DNA of 64,000 bases from an uncultured Candidatus Saccharibacteria bacterium. GTDB lineage: Bacteria > Patescibacteriota > Dojkabacteria > SC72. Within the stretch, counting starts at the first letter, position 1; every line of letters begins with the position of its first letter. A model generated the notes under the pieces. It was not told where the DNA came from and did not search any database. It saw only the letters and a list, made by a program, of their open reading frames with translations. The stretch is taken from the NCBI GenBank assembly GCA_964621195.1, contig CAZULJ010000001.1:33200-97199 (forward strand), written 5' to 3'. Below are positions 57,360 to 64,000 of the stretch, one piece after another. The position numbers and the translations under genes were made by a program.

Positions 57360-60300
57360 CTAGAATTTCCTTAACCATCTCTTTGTTTCGCTATTTAAAG
57401 CAATTGTTTTTTCTAATACAACAGACCGACTCTTGCCATCTTCATTTACAATTATCTTTACAGGGATATCCCCCTGAGACTCAGATATATATTTTTTTAA
57501 GTCACGAATCTGGTCTTCAGTATGTGATGGTCTAATTCTAAAAGTTATTCCATCAAAATTGTCTCCATATTTTGATTCATCTATATACTTCACCTTATCC
57601 ATTACAATACTTTTTTCTCCATTCTTTACATTGATACTACCTGCAATTAAGATAGGCTTGCCCTCCTGTAGTACATCTTTTATCTCTTGATAGCTTTGGG
57701 GGAAAACTATTATGTCTGCAATTCCTGATTTGTCCTCGACAGTTAGAAAGGCCATCATATCTCCCTTCTTTGTAGTTATCTTTCTGACCTTGTTAACCAT
57801 TACACCAAGTATTACCACCTCTCTATTCTTTTTATCTAGCGCATCTTTTACAGGAATAACTTTCTTTGACTCGAAAAACTCCTGCAAATTATCAAGAGGA
57901 TGACTAGAGAAATATAGCCCAAGAAGCTCCTTTTCCCACTGTAATACTTGGAATTTAGGAGTCTTTTCAATATTTGGTAGTGGCGTACTAGTTACTTCCG
58001 GAACTGTACTTGCACCTTGAGAGAGTGAAAAAATATCAATTTGTCCTACACTTTTTGCAGAGTTACTCTTCTTTGCTCTTTCAAATATCGTTGGTAATAT
58101 ACTTAAAAGTGCAGCTCTATCACCAAACTCATCCATTGTACCAGCCATTATCAAATACTCTATTGCTCTCTTTTGTACACCCTTTTTAGCGACCCTTTCA
58201 ACAAAGTCATCTAAGCTCTTGAAATTACCGTTCTCTTTTCTTTCCTTCACAACAGTTTGAACAATATCCTCTCCCACATTCTTTATACCGCCCAATCCAA
58301 ACCGGATACTACTATCGCCCTCAATAGTGAAAAATACCTTACTTTGATTTATAGTTGGTGGTAGTACATCAATACCTAGTCTCTCACACTCATTTAAATC
58401 TATAATTACACGCTCAAAATTATCTAAATCACCTTCTAAAAGTGCAGCCATAAACTCTAGAGGATAGTGGGCTTTAAGATATGCAGTCCAATATGCAATC
58501 GTTGCATACGATGCACTATGTGCCTTGTTAAAACCGTAGTTAGCAAACTGGATAAGCTTGTCCCACAATCTTTCTGTCTCTTTTTCATCGAAACCATTAC
58601 TCTTTGCACCCTCCAGGAATTTAGGCTTCTCCTTATCCATTATCTCCATCTTTTTTTTACCCATTGCACGTCTCAGAAGGTCTGCAGCACCAAGAGTATA
58701 TCCTGCTACAATCTGAGCGATTTTCATAACTTGCTCCTGGTATGTGATTACACCATTTGTAACCTCTAGAACCGGTTGCAGAGCATCAAATACATAGTCT
58801 GGATCCTGTTCTCCCTTTTTGACTGCAACATACTCGGGGATGTACTGCATAGGCCCTGGTCTATATGCTGCTAGCAGATAACAAATGTCTTCCTGGGTTT
58901 CAGGTTTTAGTGCACGAATACTTCTCTTCATACCCTCACTTTCCATCTGAAACACACCTACAGTATGTCCACTTTGTATTACTTGAAAAGTAGATTTGTC
59001 ATGTGGGTCTAGTTCTAAAAGGTCAATCTCCTCCTTCCTATTTACCTTAATCTTAGTAACAGCCTCACCAATGACATTCAAGTTTCTAAGACCAAGAAAG
59101 TCGAATTTCATAAGGCCAACATACTCAATATCGGACATCTCAAATTGTGTCATACCAATACCCCCTCCATGAGAATCTCTTTGTATTGGGCAGTAGTTAA
59201 CAACAGGCTCGGGAGTAACAATAACTCCACAGGCGTGAGTAGAGGTTCCTCTACAGATCCCAGAGACCTTCCTTACGATCCTTGCTAGTTCTAAGGTCTT
59301 TTCGGATGAATTAATAACTTCTGCAAATTCAGGATTATGCTCTATCATATAGTCAATATCCTTGGATTTACCAAAAACAATCTCAACCATTTTTGCTAAT
59401 TTGTCAGTAACTGCCAACTCAATTCCTAGAACTCTTCCTACATCCTTTATTGCCTGCCTTGTTTGTAATTTACTAAATGTACCTATCTGTTTTACATTGT
59501 CTATTCCATATTTATCAATAGTGTACTGTATAACTTCATCCCTTCTTTTATCAGCGATATCAATATCAAAATCAGGAGGTGAGTCTCTCTCAGGATTTAG
59601 GAATCTTTCAAAGTAGAGCTCCCAAGAGATAGGTTCAATATTTGTAATTTCTGTACAATATGCAACAACAGAACCACAACCGGAGCCTCTCATACCGACT
59701 ACAATTCCATTCTGCCTACAAAACATTACAAAGTCCCGAACAACAAGAAAGTAATCGTTATACCTTCTCTCATCGATAATTTCTAGTTCGTAATTTAACC
59801 TATCCTCAAGATCCTTTGTCATCTTTCCATACTTAACCTTCGCTCCTTCAAATGCTAGTTTTCTAAGGTATGATGCAGATGTCTCTCCCTCGGGGAGATC
59901 AAGAAAGTGTGGCTCGACACGGCCGAATGTAATATCAAACATCTCTATCTCATCTGATATCTTTTGTGTATTCTCTATGGCCTCTGGTAAATCCTCAAAA
60001 AGCTCCTCCATCTCCTGCGGAGTCTTAACGTAGAATTCATTTGTTGGCATTTTTCTTCTAGTTGGATCGTCCCATGTTTTACCATCTCCTATACACCAGA
60101 GAATTTCCTGTATATATGCATCTTCTTTGTTTAAGTAGTGGGCATCACAGGTTGCAACAAGTGGCAGATTTAACTCCCTCGCTACTTTTATTAAAGACTC
60201 ATTGACAACATCTTGCTCCTCCATTCCGTTTCTTTGGATCTCTATATAGAAACGATCCTTGAAAAGTTCTGAATACTTAGTAGCAGCCTTAATTGCATCA

Positions 60301-60752
60301 CCGTAGTTTCCATTTAAAAGAGGCTTTGCGACCGGACCTGCCAAACATGCAGAGAGAGCAATTAAACCCTCTGAGTATTTTGACAACGTTTTGAAATCTA
60401 TCCTCGGTTTGTAATAAAAGCCCTCCATATGAGCCAAAGAGACTATCTTCATTAAATTCTTGTAACCTTCCTGATTCTTTGCAAGCAAAACTAAATGGTT
60501 ATACTTGTTATCTATACCAAAGTCTTTTTGCTCCATATCTCTTGGTGCGATGTATATCTCACAACCAAGAATCGGTTTCAAACCAGCCTCTTTCATTGCA
60601 CTCTTAAACTTCATAGCCCCATACATATTTCCATGATCAGTCAGTGCACAAGATTGCATACCACTCGCAGTAAGCTTTTCTACAAGAGAGGGGATACGAA
60701 TTGTAGCGTCCAACAGAGAATACTCTGTGTGCAGATGTAAATGTGTAAACAT
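57360..60752 (-). CDS. dnaE: DNA polymerase III alpha subunit
   Basis: PHP HLHLHTEYSLLD, RGSG.GS, FERFLNPER..PPDFDID, KFDFLGL, YGFNKAH, OB fold. Confidence 0.98.
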   Translation of the reverse strand: MFTHLHLHTEYSLLDATIRIPSLVEKLTASGMQSCALTDHGNMYGAMKFKSAMKEAGLKPILGCEIYIAPRDMEQKDFGIDNKYNHLVLLAKNQEGYKNLMKIVSLAHMEGFYYKPRIDFKTLSKYSEGLIALSACLAGPVAKPLLNGNYGDAIKAATKYSELFKDRFYIEIQRNGMEEQDVVNESLIKVARELNLPLVATCDAHYLNKEDAYIQEILWCIGDGKTWDDPTRRKMPTNEFYVKTPQEMEELFEDLPEAIENTQKISDEIEMFDITFGRVEPHFLDLPEGETSASYLRKLAFEGAKVKYGKMTKDLEDRLNYELEIIDERRYNDYFLVVRDFVMFCRQNGIVVGMRGSGCGSVVAYCTEITNIEPISWELYFERFLNPERDSPPDFDIDIADKRRDEVIQYTIDKYGIDNVKQIGTFSKLQTRQAIKDVGRVLGIELAVTDKLAKMVEIVFGKSKDIDYMIEHNPEFAEVINSSEKTLELARIVRKVSGICRGTSTHACGVIVTPEPVVNYCPIQRDSHGGGIGMTQFEMSDIEYVGLMKFDFLGLRNLNVIGEAVTKIKVNRKEEIDLLELDPHDKSTFQVIQSGHTVGVFQMESEGMKRSIRALKPETQEDICYLLAAYRPGPMQYIPEYVAVKKGEQDPDYVFDALQPVLEVTNGVITYQEQVMKIAQIVAGYTLGAADLLRRAMGKKKMEIMDKEKPKFLEGAKSNGFDEKETERLWDKLIQFANYGFNKAHSASYATIAYWTAYLKAHYPLEFMAALLEGDLDNFERVIIDLNECERLGIDVLPPTINQSKVFFTIEGDSSIRFGLGGIKNVGEDIVQTVVKERKENGNFKSLDDFVERVAKKGVQKRAIEYLIMAGTMDEFGDRAALLSILPTIFERAKKSNSAKSVGQIDIFSLSQGASTVPEVTSTPLPNIEKTPKFQVLQWEKELLGLYFSSHPLDNLQEFFESKKVIPVKDALDKKNREVVILGVMVNKVRKITTKKGDMMAFLTVEDKSGIADIIVFPQSYQEIKDVLQEGKPILIAGSINVKNGEKSIVMDKVKYIDESKYGDNFDGITFRIRPSHTEDQIRDLKKYISESQGDIPVKIIVNEDGKSRSVVLEKTIALNSETKRWLRKF

Positions 60753-60792
60753 AAATTCAATAGCTCATCTAGTTCTGATATACTAGATTAGT

Positions 60793-61527
60793 ATGGATAG
60801 GGATATGTTTTCAAGTACAAGTAGAAAAGGTCGTTTCCAAGGTATTCTCCACAAAGAGAACACTCTATTTCTCTCCCTTGTTACCGTTTTGTTTTTTGTT
60901 TACCTACTCTTACTCTCTCCACACATTGAGAACTTTATTAAAAATATCACCCTGGGTGAGATTCGGGCTAGCAGAGAAATAACACTCAATTATCTAACAC
61001 CAATAGCTAATAGCGAAATATACTCTCAAGAATACTCTCTTAATACACTCTCAACTGCAGATCTGCTTAAACAGGTAAATAGTAAAACAAAGATAAGAAC
61101 CGATGATCCTAGAGTTATTGCTATGCAAAAATTCCTACTTGCATACAACTCCCCTATGTATCCCTACGCAAGAAACTTTGTAGAAGAAGCAGATAAATAT
61201 GGGTTAGATTGGAGATTGGTAGTATCAATATCTGGTGTAGAGTCCGCTTTCGGCAACTTAGTACCAAAAGGTACAAACAATGGGTGGGGCTGGAGAGGAA
61301 TTAACCCAGATGAAAGAGGATGGAGCCAATTTGATACTTGGGGAGATGGTATAGCCGTTGTAACAAGTAGACTAGCATTAGGATACGGTACAGATCTAAC
61401 ACCATTTCAAATAGAGCCTACCTACTGTCCACCATGCGGTGCAAACCCAGCACATGCTTGGGCAAATGGAGTTACTAGATTTATGAACGAGCTAGATTAC
61501 TACGTAGACAATTTAAATAACTTCTAA
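60793..61527 (+). CDS. membrane-anchored lysozyme-like (glucosaminidase/SLT-like) protein
   Basis: TM; ADKYGLDWRLVVSISGVESAFG catalytic-Glu helix, NNGWGW, Y.PP...W..GV. Confidence 0.7.
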   Translation: MDRDMFSSTSRKGRFQGILHKENTLFLSLVTVLFFVYLLLLSPHIENFIKNITLGEIRASREITLNYLTPIANSEIYSQEYSLNTLSTADLLKQVNSKTKIRTDDPRVIAMQKFLLAYNSPMYPYARNFVEEADKYGLDWRLVVSISGVESAFGNLVPKGTNNGWGWRGINPDERGWSQFDTWGDGIAVVTSRLALGYGTDLTPFQIEPTYCPPCGANPAHAWANGVTRFMNELDYYVDNLNNF

Positions 61528-61538
61528 TATATTCTAAT

Positions 61539-61829
61539 ATGCTGTCCCTAATATTTAGAATTCTATACACTGCATCAACTTTTATACAAACCTTACTTAT
61601 CTTTAGGATAATATTGAAGGTTATAAATGCAGATGTCACAAACAATCTAGTAAGTTGGGTATATAACCTAACAGATACCTTCATACAGCCATTCTACGGA
61701 ATAGTTGCAGAAGAGATGATGATTGATAAATTCACAATAGAATTAACACCCATAATTGCCTTAATATTCTTTGCAATACTCTCCTTTGTATTCGCAGAAC
61801 TCTCAAAATCCTTTAGGCAAGCCAGTTAA
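61539..61829 (+). CDS. YggT family membrane protein
   Basis: FRIILK..NA, WVYNLTD.F..PF.GI. Confidence 0.85.
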   Translation: MLSLIFRILYTASTFIQTLLIFRIILKVINADVTNNLVSWVYNLTDTFIQPFYGIVAEEMMIDKFTIELTPIIALIFFAILSFVFAELSKSFRQAS

Positions 61830-61855
61830 TCAGTTTTGTGGTATAATATGAACAT

Positions 61856-62590
61856 ATGGCAAGAATCGATTTGAAGCAATCTTCAGGATTGCCTCTTTTT
61901 TATAGTGGAGAAGACTTACAGCCCCAAGGATTAACAATTGCAGATACTGCTACTATTTGCATCGATGATATCCGCTCACAGCTATTAAATGAAGAGCTCA
62001 ATTGTCCTGCAGTCTTTTACAAGAAATACAAAGATATTGATAAGGACAGTGTATTCAAAAGTAAAAACCTCAAAATAAATATATATCTCATCTATCCAAA
62101 TCTTGCAGGCATTGAATACGCAAAAACATTCGCAACAAAATGCTTAAAGAGACCAAGAATTCTAGAAGTAATCTATGGAGGTGGTACAGTCTTGCTTCAA
62201 AAATATGACTCACCTGCCAAAAACAGAGTACTGAAATCCCAAATTAAAAAAGGCCAAAAGATCATTGTACCTCCTGGTTATACATGTGCGATTGTTAACT
62301 CAAGACAAACTTCCAATCTAATAGTGCTCGAGTTAGTTGCTAGGGATGCAAAATCAAGAGTAGTTCTTGATGATAGAGGTGGAATGGCCTATTATATTAT
62401 TAGAAAGAACGCAAAACAGGAAATTGTTAGAAATCCAGATTACAAGATAGTTAATGAGCCAGAAAAAGTTGAGTGGGATAACATCATTTCAAAATATGGG
62501 ATAACCGCAAAGACACCAATTGTAAAGCAAGTAATGAGAAAATATGAGAAATTTGAATGGATATTTAAAGAGAGCTCTATCGATATTTAG
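61856..62590 (+). CDS. cupin-type (archaeal-like) glucose-6-phosphate isomerase family protein
   Basis: G.EY.KT, EVIYGGG.VLLQ, VPPGY...IVN, GGMAYY, NPDY; metal-binding His residues appear replaced. Confidence 0.7.
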   Translation: MARIDLKQSSGLPLFYSGEDLQPQGLTIADTATICIDDIRSQLLNEELNCPAVFYKKYKDIDKDSVFKSKNLKINIYLIYPNLAGIEYAKTFATKCLKRPRILEVIYGGGTVLLQKYDSPAKNRVLKSQIKKGQKIIVPPGYTCAIVNSRQTSNLIVLELVARDAKSRVVLDDRGGMAYYIIRKNAKQEIVRNPDYKIVNEPEKVEWDNIISKYGITAKTPIVKQVMRKYEKFEWIFKESSIDI

Positions 62591-64000
62591 TATATCTCTT
62601 GTCCTTTCAATCTTACTACTTGTAAATCTTTCCCCTTCATATGCTCTAGACGGATTTGATATTAAATCCGACTTTTATCACGTATGGGATGGTAAGAAAA
62701 TCGATACAACGATATATATAACCATCTCAACAACAGAGACCTCAAGAGTTCTCACCTACTATACAATCACAATACCACAGGAAAATCTCAGACCGAAGGT
62801 ATATTCTCTCACAAAGAATATAAAGTTGGATCCAACATATTACTATAGGGATCAGGCTACAGATATGATCATTGATTTAGAAAATACTGTTGTTTCTAAA
62901 GAGAACCCTGTAAACATTAAATTAACGTTCTCAACAGAACAAGAAGGGAACAATCTCTCACTTATATCCTCAATAAAAGATACACAATCAAGAGTATTCA
63001 GTTTTACATATCCAAATAAACTGGGAGAGATATCGTGGTCCTCATCACCAATTACCGATATAACACAGAAAGGTTCCAATACAGAGATAAAAACTGCATC
63101 CCCTAGTAGTACAAAAGTAAACCTAACACTCGGGGAAGAGATTCTTTACTCCTTTCAAATATCTAGGAACTTAATAAACAGTAGTGAAGATATGATCTCT
63201 TCAGAGATATCACTACCTCCAAATAGTAACAATCAATTTGTATTGATAACGGAGTTAACACCAACTCCGAATGAAAGTTACAAAGATATCGATGGCAACT
63301 ACATTCTTCAATATGAGATTGCTCCCAAAAGTAATATCGATGTAAGCATAAATGGATACATAGTTATGGATAAAAGTATTACAGGAAACATAACTGAGCC
63401 AGAAATTGAGAGTGAGACAATATGGGAAATTAAAGATACCGCACTAGAAAAAAGAATAACTAAGTATCTCAAAGAAGCTGGAATACCCGAAGACATTGAG
63501 GATATAAGTGAGATTGAAGACAACGGTATACGACAGCTACTTTACAAGACTCTTTATCTTTTCCTAGTTGAAAATCTAGAACCAAACACATTAACTATTG
63601 GATCCCTAACTGGTGGAACAAGACTCGGAGGAGAGAGAGCCCTAAGCGAACAGGCACTTTCAACCAGTGAAGATTACTCAGACTCTATGATTGCTTTGTA
63701 CAGATACTTTGGAATACCTGCTCGATTAGTAATTGGATATGTCACAAACATCTCTGACTATCACCCAGATGGAATGTATCACTACTGGGTTGAGTATTTT
63801 GATACAGAAACAAAAGATTGGATAATCGTAGATCCATTCCTAGAGGATTACTCTCATACATCACTACTAAACAGAGCTTTCCCAGATCACATTTCTTTAC
63901 TATACAGATATTACAACCCAAATACTCCAAAACTTACATACTACTCTGAAAATGATTTTCTGGTTTCATTGACACAGGAAGAGATACCAACATACAACAA
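62544..64000 (+). CDS. secreted transglutaminase-like domain protein, partial (runs off window; not in ORF track)
   Basis: ATG 62544 gives signal peptide MRNLNGYLKRALSIFSISLVLSILLLVNLSPSYA; same frame gives STSEDYS...LYRYFGIPARLVIGY...HYWVEYF...WIIVDP. Confidence 0.82.
   Translation, partial: MRNLNGYLKRALSIFSISLVLSILLLVNLSPSYALDGFDIKSDFYHVWDGKKIDTTIYITISTTETSRVLTYYTITIPQENLRPKVYSLTKNIKLDPTYYYRDQATDMIIDLENTVVSKENPVNIKLTFSTEQEGNNLSLISSIKDTQSRVFSFTYPNKLGEISWSSSPITDITQKGSNTEIKTASPSSTKVNLTLGEEILYSFQISRNLINSSEDMISSEISLPPNSNNQFVLITELTPTPNESYKDIDGNYILQYEIAPKSNIDVSINGYIVMDKSITGNITEPEIESETIWEIKDTALEKRITKYLKEAGIPEDIEDISEIEDNGIRQLLYKTLYLFLVENLEPNTLTIGSLTGGTRLGGERALSEQALSTSEDYSDSMIALYRYFGIPARLVIGYVTNISDYHPDGMYHYWVEYFDTETKDWIIVDPFLEDYSHTSLLNRAFPDHISLLYRYYNPNTPKLTYYSENDFLVSLTQEEIPTYN

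Noticed and set aside
62852-63930. three short minus-strand ORFs in the track
   Set aside because: Explained as shadows of the plus-strand transglutaminase-like gene starting at 62544 that runs off the window.
1-64000. alternative genetic code (UGA=Gly), CRISPR array, DGR/retron
   Set aside because: Long conserved genes are intact in code 11 and TGA appears to end ORFs (17566, 34057); no regularly spaced repeats and no reverse transcriptase motifs seen.

Overview
AT-rich (about one-third GC by eye) bacterial chromosome segment in standard code 11. Gene content and largely SD-less, often leaderless gene starts suggest a Patescibacteria/CPR organism, possibly Dojkabacteria (inference). It carries housekeeping genes (glmS, pyrG, a MurE-type ligase, obg, map, trxB, nrdR-nrdD-nrdG, lexA, mutL, uvrB, uvrC, dnaE, NAD kinase, cupin PGI), tRNA-Pro(TGG) and tRNA-Gln(TTG), a fermentative module (2-oxoacid:ferredoxin oxidoreductase, ADP-forming acetate-CoA ligase, minimal [FeFe]-hydrogenase-like protein) and several large surface proteins. 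I saw no integrase, transposase, reverse transcriptase or CRISPR array. Most notable: (1) an orphan, GC-shifted, SD-led membrane-protein gene (33707-34057) built like an rRNA precursor, with a boxB-like hairpin plus boxA, a long 5' stem-loop, and complementary arms enclosing the whole ORF; (2) a class III RNR whose glycyl-radical domain is a separate 45-aa ORF missed by the ORF track; (3) a compact glmS ribozyme variant with an altered P2.2. All calls come from reading motifs by eye; no searches were run.
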